Source: a bacterium (lineage in GTDB: Bacteria; Bacillota; Clostridia; Christensenellales; Aristaeellaceae). From it: a stretch of 64,000 nt of DNA. A program made the translations under genes and the position numbers. Shown here piece by piece: positions 45,982 to 54,982 of this stretch (within the stretch, counting starts at the first letter, position 1; each line of letters starts with the position of its first letter). The notes beneath the pieces are model-generated. The model searched no databases, had not been told where the DNA came from, and saw nothing but the letters and a program-made list of their open reading frames with translations. The DNA lies in assembly GCA_004563405.1 (NCBI GenBank), contig SFTH01000003.1:41194-105193 (forward strand), in the 5' to 3' direction.

Positions 45982-46186
45982 CTGGACATTACGATTTTTC
46001 CCAAAAAACTAAATAATCGGGCATAATACTATGAATATAATACAATTTTTGAGCGACGATTCAAAAGCGTTTCAAAACATGCGTCCCCGTGGAAATGTGC
46101 GCCGGAAGAAGCAAAACACAAGGACAGGGCCGCCTCAGGCGGACGGAGCGTCCGCGCGGAAGCAGCCCTGAAATTGGCACCGGTGC

Positions 46187-47257
46187 TTATTCGTCTTCGT
46201 CGTCGTAGGTGATGGCGACCTTGCCGCACTTGCCGGAGGCCATCAGCGCGTAGGCCTCGCCCGCCTTTTCCAGCGGGAAGCGATGGGTGATGAGCTTGTC
46301 CGGATGGATGCCCCAGCGGACGAGGTGCTCCACCAGCTCCTCCATGCGCCACAGGGAGGTGACCCAGGAGCCGTAGATGGTCTTCTGTCCATGCATGATG
46401 TCGGGCGACGGATTGAAGGTGACGTCGTTGCCCTCGCCGACCATGACCATCTTACCCCATTCGCGGGTGCAGCGGATCGCCAGCGCGCGGGCGGAGTTGT
46501 TCGCGGAGCAGTCGATGGCGCGCTCGCAGCCGTAGCCGCCGGTCACTTCCATGATCTGCTTCTGGCAGGCTTCCGGATCCATGGAATTGAACACATAGTC
46601 CGCAAGGCCCAGATCCTTGGCCAGCTGCATGCGCTCCTCGTTGACGTCGCAGCCGATGGTGGTGTCGCAGCCCATGGCCTTGGCCAGCATCAGCGTGGCC
46701 AGACCCACCGGGCCGAGGCCGGTGACCAGCACGCGGTCGTTGCCGGAGATGCCCACCTTCATTAGCGCCTCATAGCAGGTGCCGAAGCCGCAGGCGACCT
46801 GTGCGCCGTCCTCGTAGGACAGCTCGTCCGGCAGGGCGATCAGATCCTTCTCATCGCAGAGGATGTAGGGGGACATGCCGCCGTTGCGCTGCCAGCCGTA
46901 GGCTGCACGCAGAGGGCTCTTGCAGGAGATGTAGTAACCGCGGCGGCAGTCGTAGCACACGCCGCAGCCGGAGATGTGGTAGACGATGACGCGGTCGCCC
47001 TTCTTGAAGCGCTTGAGGCCCTCGCCCTCCTCGACAATGATGCCGGCCGGCTCGTGTCCGGCCACCATGCCGGGCTGGTAGCCCTCGGGGCCCTTGCCGA
47101 CGTGGGCGCGGTAGATGCAGCGGATATCGGAACCGCAGATGGTGGAAGCCTTCGTCTTGACCAGCACCTGTCCGTGTCCCGGCTTCGGAACGTCAAATTC
47201 CTTCAGTTCAACTGTGCTGTTTCCGGGCAGAATGGCGCCCAGAACTTTTTTATTCAT
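46187..47257 (-). CDS. Zinc-dependent alcohol/polyol dehydrogenase (MDR family)
   Basis: CGSD and GHEPAG zinc motifs. GLGPVGL Rossmann motif. AGGAGG RBS at MNKKVL. Confidence 0.85.
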   Translation of the reverse strand: MNKKVLGAILPGNSTVELKEFDVPKPGHGQVLVKTKASTICGSDIRCIYRAHVGKGPEGYQPGMVAGHEPAGIIVEEGEGLKRFKKGDRVIVYHISGCGVCYDCRRGYYISCKSPLRAAYGWQRNGGMSPYILCDEKDLIALPDELSYEDGAQVACGFGTCYEALMKVGISGNDRVLVTGLGPVGLATLMLAKAMGCDTTIGCDVNEERMQLAKDLGLADYVFNSMDPEACQKQIMEVTGGYGCERAIDCSANNSARALAIRCTREWGKMVMVGEGNDVTFNPSPDIMHGQKTIYGSWVTSLWRMEELVEHLVRWGIHPDKLITHRFPLEKAGEAYALMASGKCGKVAITYDDEDE

Positions 47258-47617
47258 GCAGTTTTCCTCCTTTGTCGATGGTGGGTTTTCACGGATGTGA
47301 TTCACGAATGGAAATGTTTCGTAAATAACAGACACATTCATTATAAAACAGTTATGGATGTGTGTCAATGCAAAATATGCGCCCGCAGGGCGGCGATACG
47401 GGGGTAGGGAAGGCATTGTTCCCGATACGAACGCCGATTGACTTTGAAGCGCGGCACATATAAGAGGAAGCGTTTGCGCAGGCCTTCAAAAAGGGAACGA
47501 AATTCAAAAATACGCTTTTCAATGTTCGCATTTTTTACCTTTGTTACCTGATATCATAACCTTCGGTGTGTATGATGTACGCGTACCCAAAAGTAAAATG
47601 ACACGGAGGGAAATTCA

Positions 47618-48820
47618 ATGAAAAAGTTCGTTGCTCTGGTTCTGACTCTGGTTCTGTGCCTGAGTGTCTTCGCCTTCACCGCCAACGCGGAAGTTTCCGA
47701 CGTCAAGCTGGGCGTCATCCTTCTGCACGATGAGGATTCCACCTATGACCTGAACTTCATCAACGGCGTGTACGAAGCGGTTGAAGCCCTGGGCCTGGAA
47801 GAGGATCAGGTGATCATCAAGCGCAGCATTCCCGAGTCCAACGAGTGCTATGAGGCCGCCCTGGATCTGGTGGACGAGGGTTGTACCATCATCTTCGCCG
47901 ACAGCTTCGGCCATGAGACCTTCATGCTGCAGGCTGCCAAGGAGTGCCCCGAGGTGGAATTCTGCCACGCGACCGGCACCATGGCGCACACTGCGGGCCA
48001 GGAGAACTTCCACAACGCCTTCGCCGCGATCTACGAGGGCCGCTATCTGGCCGGCATCGCTGCGGGCATGAAGCTCAACGAGATGAAGGAGAACGGCGCG
48101 CTGAAGGGCGAAGTTCCCATGATGGGTTATGTCGGCGCCTTCACCTATGCTGAGGTGATCTCCGGCTACACCAGCTTCTACCTCGGCGCCAAGTCTGTCT
48201 GCCCCGATGTGCAGATGAAGGTTCAGTTCACCGGCTCCTGGTACGACGAGAAGGAAGAGAAGACCGCCGCTGAGGCCCTGATCAACGCCGGCTGCGACCT
48301 GATCTCCCAGCACGCGGACTCCATGGGCGCTCCCACGGCCTGCGAGAACGCCGGCGTGCCCAACGTTTCCTACAATGGCTCCACCATCGAGAGCTGCCCC
48401 AACACCTTCATTGTCTCCTCCCGCATCAACTGGGCGCCCTACTTCGAGTACATCGTGAACCAGAACGCCGCCGGTGAAGCCATCGACACCGACTGGACCG
48501 GCACCATCGCCACCGGTTCCGTCGTGCTGACCGACGTCAACACCGCTGCTGCGGCCGAAGGCACCGTCGAGGCCATTGAGGCCGCCAAGACGGCCCTGCT
48601 GAACGGCGAGATCAAGGTCTTCGACACCTCTGCCGACAACTTCATGCTCAAGGACGGCGCCAAGATCGAGTCCTACACCGCCGACGTCGATACCGACGAA
48701 GCCTTCACCCCCGACACCGAAGTGGTTCTGGACGGCTACTTCCACGAGAGCGAGTTCCGCTCCGCGCCCTACTTCGATGTTCAGCTTGACGGCATCGAGC
48801 TGCTCAACAGCAAGTTCTGA
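47618..48820 (+). CDS. BMP-family ABC transporter substrate-binding protein (nucleoside-binding type)
   Basis: Signal peptide ending ANA-E. Conserved BMP pattern (GYVGAFTYAEV, FTGSWYD). Confidence 0.8.
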   Translation: MKKFVALVLTLVLCLSVFAFTANAEVSDVKLGVILLHDEDSTYDLNFINGVYEAVEALGLEEDQVIIKRSIPESNECYEAALDLVDEGCTIIFADSFGHETFMLQAAKECPEVEFCHATGTMAHTAGQENFHNAFAAIYEGRYLAGIAAGMKLNEMKENGALKGEVPMMGYVGAFTYAEVISGYTSFYLGAKSVCPDVQMKVQFTGSWYDEKEEKTAAEALINAGCDLISQHADSMGAPTACENAGVPNVSYNGSTIESCPNTFIVSSRINWAPYFEYIVNQNAAGEAIDTDWTGTIATGSVVLTDVNTAAAAEGTVEAIEAAKTALLNGEIKVFDTSADNFMLKDGAKIESYTADVDTDEAFTPDTEVVLDGYFHESEFRSAPYFDVQLDGIELLNSKF

Positions 48821-48839
48821 TTTCACACAATCCGGCCCG

Positions 48840-48875
48840 GTCTGCTCCCTGAAAAGGGAGCAGACTGCCGTTTTC
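48840..48875 (+). terminator. Intra-operon hairpin plus U-run after the binding-protein gene
   Basis: GTCTGCTCCC/GGGAGCAGAC stem, then TGCCGTTTTC. Confidence 0.55.
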
Positions 48876-48964
48876 AGTATGGTGCGCTCCGGGAATCGCT
48901 TTCGCGAATGGAGAGCGGTTCCCGGAGGATGCCATACTCAATGATGATCATTCGGAGGCAAACC

Positions 48965-50668
48965 GTGCAGAAAAAGATCGCTCTGAGCATGCGCGGCATT
49001 ACCAAGACCTTTGGCAGTGTCGTCGCGAACAATTCTGTTGACCTCGACGTCTACCAGGGAGAAATTCTGGCCGTACTTGGAGAAAACGGATGCGGCAAGA
49101 CGACGCTGATGAACATGCTTGCCGGCATTTACTACCCCGACGAGGGCCATATTTACATGAATGGCCAGGAGGTCGTCATCCGTTCGCCCAAGGATGCGTA
49201 CGCGCTGAAAATTGGCATGATTCATCAGCACTTCAAGCTGGTGGATTTGTTTACCGCGTCGGAGAACGTGGTGCTCGGCATACAGGAAAAGGGCCGTTAC
49301 AACCTCAAGAGCGTCAACGAGCAGGTCTCGAAGATCGCGGAAAGGTACGGCTTTCACGTTGAGCCCCAGAAGAAGATCTACGATATGTCCGTGTCTGAAA
49401 AGCAGACCGTCGAGATCATCAAGATGCTCTACCGCGGCGCGGATATTCTGATTCTGGACGAGCCCACGGCCGTCCTCACGCCCCAGGAAATCGATCGCCT
49501 CTTTGACGTGCTCCGGAGGATGAAGGAGGATGGAAAGTCCATCATCATCATCACCCACAAGCTGCACGAGGTACTCAGCGTCTCCGACCGCGTCGCCATT
49601 CTGCGCAAGGGCGAGCATGTGGGCACGGTGGAAACCGCCAAGACCTCGGAGAGCGAGCTCACCGAGATGATGGTCGGCAAGAAGGTCAACCTGAACATCG
49701 AGCGCAAGGCGCCTGTGAACGCGGTTCCGCGCCTGCAGGTGCGGAACCTGACCTGCAAGAACGAAGAGGGCCGAAGCGTGGTCCGTGATGTGAGCTTCAC
49801 GGTCAATGGCGGCGAAATCTTCGGCATTGCGGGAATTGCGGGCAGCGGCCAGAAGGAGCTGTTGGAAGCGATCACCGGCCTTCAGCCGGTTGAGAGCGGC
49901 GAGATCATCTTCATCAATCCCAAGAAGGACAAGCCCGTGACCTTCTTCCACAAGTCCCTGAAGCGCGTGCGCGAGCTGGCGGAGATGGACGCCTTTCACG
50001 ACACAAGCGACCGGCCCGTCTCCTTCAAGGGGATGAAGCCTGCGGAGATACGCCGCCGGGTGAACAGCGGAGACGTGCTGTTCCGAGAGGATGAGGTGAT
50101 TTCCCTCCGGGAAAAGACGCCCCTGCAGATCCGCTCCCTGGGAATTCATCTGTCCTTTGTCCCGGAGGATCGCCTGGGCATGGGCCTGGTGGGCAGCATG
50201 GGCATTACGGACAACATGATGCTGCGCAGCTACCGGAAGGGCCGCGCCGGCTTTGTGGATCGCAAAAGACCCCTGGCACAGGCGGAGGAGATCATCCGGG
50301 AGCTGGAGGTCATCACGCCCAGCGTCAACGTTCCCGTGCGCAGACTCTCCGGCGGCAACATTCAGAAGGTGCTGCTGGGCCGCGAAATTGCATTCACCCC
50401 GAAGGTGCTGATGGCCGCCTACCCCGTGCGGGGCCTGGACATCAATTCTTCGTACACCATATATCATCTTCTGAACATGCAGAAGGAGAACGGCGTGGCC
50501 GTCATCTTCGTCGGCGAGGATCTGGACGTGCTTCTGGAGCTCTGTGACCGGATCATGGTGATCAATTCCGGCGCCGTGACCGGGATTGTGGATGCGCGCA
50601 CAGCGACCAAAGAGGAGATCGGTCTGCTGATGACGAAGACGGACAACACTGCAAAGGAGAATGCGTGA
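48965..50668 (+). CDS. ABC transporter ATP-binding protein (duplicated NBD) with an insertion in NBD2
   Basis: Walker A GENGCGKTT and GIAGSGQKE. Signature LSGGNIQK. The GTG start has a GGAGG RBS. The tracked ORF starts earlier, at 48908. Confidence 0.85.
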   Translation: MQKKIALSMRGITKTFGSVVANNSVDLDVYQGEILAVLGENGCGKTTLMNMLAGIYYPDEGHIYMNGQEVVIRSPKDAYALKIGMIHQHFKLVDLFTASENVVLGIQEKGRYNLKSVNEQVSKIAERYGFHVEPQKKIYDMSVSEKQTVEIIKMLYRGADILILDEPTAVLTPQEIDRLFDVLRRMKEDGKSIIIITHKLHEVLSVSDRVAILRKGEHVGTVETAKTSESELTEMMVGKKVNLNIERKAPVNAVPRLQVRNLTCKNEEGRSVVRDVSFTVNGGEIFGIAGIAGSGQKELLEAITGLQPVESGEIIFINPKKDKPVTFFHKSLKRVRELAEMDAFHDTSDRPVSFKGMKPAEIRRRVNSGDVLFREDEVISLREKTPLQIRSLGIHLSFVPEDRLGMGLVGSMGITDNMMLRSYRKGRAGFVDRKRPLAQAEEIIRELEVITPSVNVPVRRLSGGNIQKVLLGREIAFTPKVLMAAYPVRGLDINSSYTIYHLLNMQKENGVAVIFVGEDLDVLLELCDRIMVINSGAVTGIVDARTATKEEIGLLMTKTDNTAKENA

Positions 50669-51798
50669 TGAACGAGAAGAAGAGTGCGCCCAACCATGAG
50701 CCGCTGATTCATCTTTCCAAGCGCGAAAGCATATCCACGTCAAAGTCCTGGATGATCCGGGTGGTTGCGGTTCTGCTGGGACTCGTGGTCTGTGGCCTTG
50801 TCGCGTTTGTCCTCAGCGACAAGCTCAGATCCGGGAACAAGAGCATTGTTGATTTTTATTCCAGCTTCCTCGTGAAGAGTTCCTTCAGCACGCCCCGGAA
50901 GATGTGGAAATTCTTCAAGAATATGGCCGTGTTGCAGTGCATTTCGCTGGCGGTCACGCCGGCGTTCCGCATGCGCTTCTGGAATATCGGCGCGGAGGGT
51001 CAGACGCTGATGGGCGTCTGGGGAGCGATTGCCGTGGCGTTCTATCTGGGCGGACGCATTCCCGAGTGGCTTCTGCTGATTCTGATGTTCGTTGCCGCGC
51101 TGCTCTGCGGAGCGGTCTGGGCCGTGTTCCCTGCCATCTTCAAGGCGCGCTGGAATACGAATGAGACGCTCTTTACGCTGATGATGAACTATGTGGCGAT
51201 CAACGTCGTCAGCTACTTCCTGGTGGTCTGGGTTCCCAGCGGCTCGTCCTCTCTGGGCAAGCTGGACGCCGGAAAGCTGCCCTCGGTCGTACACGATTAC
51301 TTCCTGATCATCCTGATTGCTTTGCTTCTGACGGTCGCCCTGCACATCTATCTGAATTACAGCAAGCAGGGCTATGAGATTTCCGTCGTCGGCGAGAGCG
51401 TCCGCACCGCCCAATACAGCGGCATGAACGTCAAGACCGTCATCATCCGCACGATGATCGTCAGCGGCCTGCTGTGCGGCCTGACCGGCTACCTGATCGC
51501 GGCCGGCCTCGACCAGAGCATCACCACAGAATCCATCGGCGGCCAGGGCTTTACCGCCATCATGGTCTCCTGGCTGGCCCACTTCAACCCGCTGGTCATG
51601 CTGCTGACCTCCAGCCTGATCACCCTACTGAACCAGGGCGCGGCGCAGATCTCCCAGGACTTCAACGTCAGCGGCGCGATTCCCGACGTGATCGTGGGCA
51701 TCATACTGTTCTTCATCATCGGCTCCGAATTTTTCATCAACTACAAGGTGAAGCTTCGCCGCAGGACACACGCTGTGATCAAGGAGGGCGTCAAATGA
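50665..51798 (+). CDS. ABC transporter permease (BMP-type system)
   Basis: Polytopic. The start overlaps the ATPase stop. Confidence 0.85.
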   Translation: MMNEKKSAPNHEPLIHLSKRESISTSKSWMIRVVAVLLGLVVCGLVAFVLSDKLRSGNKSIVDFYSSFLVKSSFSTPRKMWKFFKNMAVLQCISLAVTPAFRMRFWNIGAEGQTLMGVWGAIAVAFYLGGRIPEWLLLILMFVAALLCGAVWAVFPAIFKARWNTNETLFTLMMNYVAINVVSYFLVVWVPSGSSSLGKLDAGKLPSVVHDYFLIILIALLLTVALHIYLNYSKQGYEISVVGESVRTAQYSGMNVKTVIIRTMIVSGLLCGLTGYLIAAGLDQSITTESIGGQGFTAIMVSWLAHFNPLVMLLTSSLITLLNQGAAQISQDFNVSGAIPDVIVGIILFFIIGSEFFINYKVKLRRRTHAVIKEGVK

Positions 51799-52748
51799 GC
51801 ATCTGGCTGAACTTTTTGATTGATTCCCTGGCCTTCGGTGCGACCTTCATGTACGGCTCCACCGGCGAGATCATTACCGAGAAGGCCGGACAGCTGAACC
51901 TGGGCATACCCGGCGTCATGTGCATGGGCGGCGCGGGCGGCTGCCTGGTGCTGAACCTGATCGGGAAGTCCTCCCTGCCCGCGTTTATGATCGTCGTTCT
52001 GGGCATTCTGGGATCGCTGGTCATGGGAATGTTGATGGGCTTCATCTACAGCTTCCTGACGGTCTCCCTGCGCGCCAATCAGAACGTGACGGGCCTCGCG
52101 CTGACCACGTTCGGCGTGGGTCTGATGAAGGTGATCATGAGCGAGATGGACGAAACCGTCTACCTCGTCGGCCCGAAGAAGCTGTACCGCTGGCCCTTTG
52201 CGGAGCGGACGGACGCGCTTCAGTACCTGGGCGTGATGTTCTTCCTGGCCGTGATCGTCGCGATTGCCGCTTCCTACATCCTGTACCGCACGAAGGTCGG
52301 TCTGCACCTGCGCGCGGTGGGCGAGAGCCCTGCGACGGCGGACGCGATGGGCATCAACGTGAGTAAGTACAAGTACTGCGCCTCCTGCATCGGCTGCGGC
52401 ATTGCCGGCCTGGGCGGATTCTACTACATCATCGACTACATGGCCTCCGTCGAGGCCTACAAGAGCCTGGAGGGACTGGGCTGGCTCTCCGTCGCATTGG
52501 TCATCTTTGCGCTGTGGAGGCCGCACATGACCATCATTGGCTCCACGATCTTCGGCTTCCTGTTCAGCTGCAGCAGCTATATTTCCAACATCGGCTGGAT
52601 CAAGGTGACGATGGCAACCAAGCCCCTGCTGAAAATGCTGCCCTACCTGTTCACTATCCTGGTGCTGATCATCACCAGCATCCGAAAGAAGCGTGAGGAC
52701 CAGCCCCCGCAGAGCCTGGGCCTGCCCTACTTCCGCGAGGAAAGATAG
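51795..52748 (+). CDS. ABC transporter permease (second subunit)
   Basis: Polytopic. ATGA overlap with the previous permease. Start at MSIWLN. Confidence 0.85.
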   Translation: MSIWLNFLIDSLAFGATFMYGSTGEIITEKAGQLNLGIPGVMCMGGAGGCLVLNLIGKSSLPAFMIVVLGILGSLVMGMLMGFIYSFLTVSLRANQNVTGLALTTFGVGLMKVIMSEMDETVYLVGPKKLYRWPFAERTDALQYLGVMFFLAVIVAIAASYILYRTKVGLHLRAVGESPATADAMGINVSKYKYCASCIGCGIAGLGGFYYIIDYMASVEAYKSLEGLGWLSVALVIFALWRPHMTIIGSTIFGFLFSCSSYISNIGWIKVTMATKPLLKMLPYLFTILVLIITSIRKKREDQPPQSLGLPYFREER

Positions 52749-52771
52749 CCGTTCTGCTCAATTGCAGGGAA

Positions 52772-52813
52772 AAGCGCCCGCCGGGGGTCTCTGTCGAGAC
52801 CTGGCGGGCGCTT
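52772..52813. terminator. Long GC hairpin between convergent permease and FTR-like genes
   Basis: AAGCGCCCGCC..GGTCTC / GAGACC..GGCGGGCGCTT arms. Confidence 0.45.
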
Positions 52814-52824
52814 GCCTGTGCGGC

Positions 52825-53022
52825 TCACTTTTCCTTGTAGTAGAGGAAGCAGTGGCAGTAACCCTCAAAATCCGGATCCTTGATCTGATCGCGGAACTCC
52901 TTGCACATGCACTTGTTTTCCTCCGTGCGCTCCAGCCTGCAGGGGCAGTAGCCGCCGGTGCGCTTGAGTCCCTCCTGGACGGAGTTGACGATCTCCTGAT
53001 CTTCATTGAAGCGAATTTTCAT
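52825..53022 (-). CDS. Ferredoxin-thioredoxin reductase catalytic-subunit-like mini-protein (65 aa)
   Basis: Cys pattern CPC...CMC...CHC. GGAGGA RBS. Confidence 0.65.
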   Translation of the reverse strand: MKIRFNEDQEIVNSVQEGLKRTGGYCPCRLERTEENKCMCKEFRDQIKDPDFEGYCHCFLYYKEK

Positions 53023-53095
53023 ATCGGATCCTCCATGGGACAGAGAACCGGCCGCGGAGCGCGACCGGTCTTTCTGCTGCGATGCGATTTCAGAA

Positions 53096-53629
53096 TCAAT
53101 AGTTCTCTGCGCGGACCTCGAAATAAGCGCGGGGATGTGCGCAGACGGGGCAGACCTCGGGGGCTTCCACGCCCATCACCAGGTGACCGCAGTTGCGGCA
53201 TTCCCACATCTTGATTTCGCTCTTCTTGAATACTTCCTGCATCTCGACGTTGCTCAGCAGCTTGCGATAGCGCTCCTCGTGAGACTTTTCAATTTCGGCC
53301 ACCATGCGGAACTTCTCGGCGAGCTCAACAAAGCCCTCCTCCTCGGCGTCCTTGGCAAATCCGGCGTACATGTCGGTCCACTCGTAATTCTCGCCCTCGG
53401 CGGCAGCCAGCAGGTTCTTCGCGGTGTCGCCCAGGCCGCCCAGCGCCTTGAACCACATCTTGGCGTGTTCCTTCTCGTTGTCGGCGGTCTTCTGGAAGAT
53501 GGCGCTGATCTGCTCGTAGCCTTCCTTCTTGGCGACGCTGGCAAAATAGGTATACTTGTTGCGCGCTTCAGACTCGCCCGCAAAGGCCGTCATGAGGTTT
53601 TTTTCCGTCTTGGTTCCCTTCAAATTCAT
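53096..53629 (-). CDS. Rubrerythrin
   Basis: Di-iron four-helix motifs ([29 protein letters not shown]). C-terminal rubredoxin-like CRNCG...CPVCAHP. Confidence 0.92.
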   Translation of the reverse strand: MNLKGTKTEKNLMTAFAGESEARNKYTYFASVAKKEGYEQISAIFQKTADNEKEHAKMWFKALGGLGDTAKNLLAAAEGENYEWTDMYAGFAKDAEEEGFVELAEKFRMVAEIEKSHEERYRKLLSNVEMQEVFKKSEIKMWECRNCGHLVMGVEAPEVCPVCAHPRAYFEVRAENY

Positions 53630-53790
53630 TGTAAAACACCTCCTGAATCTATGTACCCGGAATTCCAGCTTGTGAAACTCAGACACTTCCATTATATTCC
53701 GATTTTCGATTTTGTCAATCTTGGCGCACACGATTGAAAACGCAACCTTCGGCAGCTATAATGGTAGGGTATGCAGGGGAGGGACACAGT

Positions 53791-54654
53791 ATGCGCGGCG
53801 ATTGTCACATTCACATGATTCTGGACGGCGTCTACTACCGCGCGGCCATCGACGCGCAGAAGGAGCGGCCGGACGAGGCGCTGGTGCGCGGGCGGCTCGC
53901 CGCCTATCGCGCAGCGGGCGTGGATTTTCTTCGGGACGGCGGCGACGCCTGGGGCGTCGGCGCGTTCGCGGCGAAGCTTGCGCCGGAGTACGGCCTGGAC
54001 TACCGCACGCCGCTGTTTCCCATCCATCGCAGGGGCCGCTACGGCGGCTTCATCGGGCGCGGCTTTGACACGCCGGAGGAGTACCGGAAGCTGGTGTACG
54101 CCGCCCGTGACGGCGGCGCGGACTTCATCAAGATCATGATCTCCGGGCTGATGGACTTTGGATGCTTTGGAAGGATTACCTCCGCACCCCTGGAGGCGGC
54201 GGAGATTCGGGAGATGATCCGCGTGGCCCACGGCGAGGGCATGGCCGTCATGGCCCACGCCAATGGTGCGGACTGCGTGAAGGCCGCGCTGGAGGCGGGC
54301 GTGGATTCCGTGGAGCACGGCGCGTATCTGGACGGCGCGGCGGTGCGCATGCTCGCCCAGAGCGGCGCGGTGTGGGTGCCCACGATGGTGACCATCGCGA
54401 ATCTGATCGGCGACGGGCGGTATCCCGACGCGGTGCTCTGTCCCCTTCTGGAGCTTCAGACGGAAAACGTGCGCGCGTGCGCGCACATGGGCGGAAAGAT
54501 CGCTGTCGGAAGCGATGCGGGCGCCTATCGGGTTTTACATGTGCAGGGTGCGCGTGACGAGCGGGCGCTGCTTCTGCGGGTGCTGGGCGCGGAGGGCGAA
54601 GGGATACTTGAAGCGGGCGAGGCGGAGGTGCGCCGCCGCTTTCGGAGAAGATAG
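53791..54654 (+). CDS. Metal-dependent amidohydrolase family protein
   Basis: DCHIHM at the N terminus, then HANG, VEHG and GSDAG motifs. Start at MRGDCH with a GGGGAGGG RBS. Confidence 0.75.
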   Translation: MRGDCHIHMILDGVYYRAAIDAQKERPDEALVRGRLAAYRAAGVDFLRDGGDAWGVGAFAAKLAPEYGLDYRTPLFPIHRRGRYGGFIGRGFDTPEEYRKLVYAARDGGADFIKIMISGLMDFGCFGRITSAPLEAAEIREMIRVAHGEGMAVMAHANGADCVKAALEAGVDSVEHGAYLDGAAVRMLAQSGAVWVPTMVTIANLIGDGRYPDAVLCPLLELQTENVRACAHMGGKIAVGSDAGAYRVLHVQGARDERALLLRVLGAEGEGILEAGEAEVRRRFRRR

Positions 54655-54701
54655 GCGCGCAGGCGGATGCGCCGGGCGCTTTGATCGGGACGGTGGCCGG
54701 G

Positions 54702-54947
54702 TCAGTATTCCCGCAGCACCAGCTCGGTGACGCCCCGGTTTGGCCCGGGGACGACGCGCAGTACCCGCGGATGGGCGGCGTAGCGCTCCTGCACGAAGTC
54801 CCGCAGGGACGTGCCGGAATTGCAGCCGTGAATGATCCGGATGCGGCAGGTGGCCGCGCCGGCGCGGCGCAGCGCCGCATCGACGGCTACGCCCGCCTGA
54901 TAGCGGTTTTTGCCGTGCAGGTCGATTTCCACGATGGATTCGTACAT
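54702..54947 (-). CDS. Smr-domain protein (81 aa)
   Basis: IDLHGK...RIIHGCNSGTSLRDFV matches the Smr pattern. GAGGAGG RBS. Confidence 0.7.
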   Translation of the reverse strand: MYESIVEIDLHGKNRYQAGVAVDAALRRAGAATCRIRIIHGCNSGTSLRDFVQERYAAHPRVLRVVPGPNRGVTELVLREY

Positions 54948-54982
54948 GGGAACCTCCTCGGAATGGGAAAGGAGCGGATTGC

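Noticed and set aside
47417-47617. Leader of the BMP-family transporter, examined for a purine or other riboswitch (hairpin ATCATA-ACCTTCGGTGTG-TATGAT).
   Set aside because: I found no match to the conserved cores of the purine, preQ1 or c-di-GMP riboswitch classes I can recall. A single small hairpin is not sufficient.
38790-50743. Long mirror ORFs over the ABC loci (38790-40244, 39902-41182, 41134-42222, 41921-43363, 43396-44286, 44150-46012, 47615-48826, 48938-50743).
   Set aside because: Same reasoning. The opposite strands encode transporters and oxidoreductases with Walker, signature and Rossmann motifs and good RBSs.
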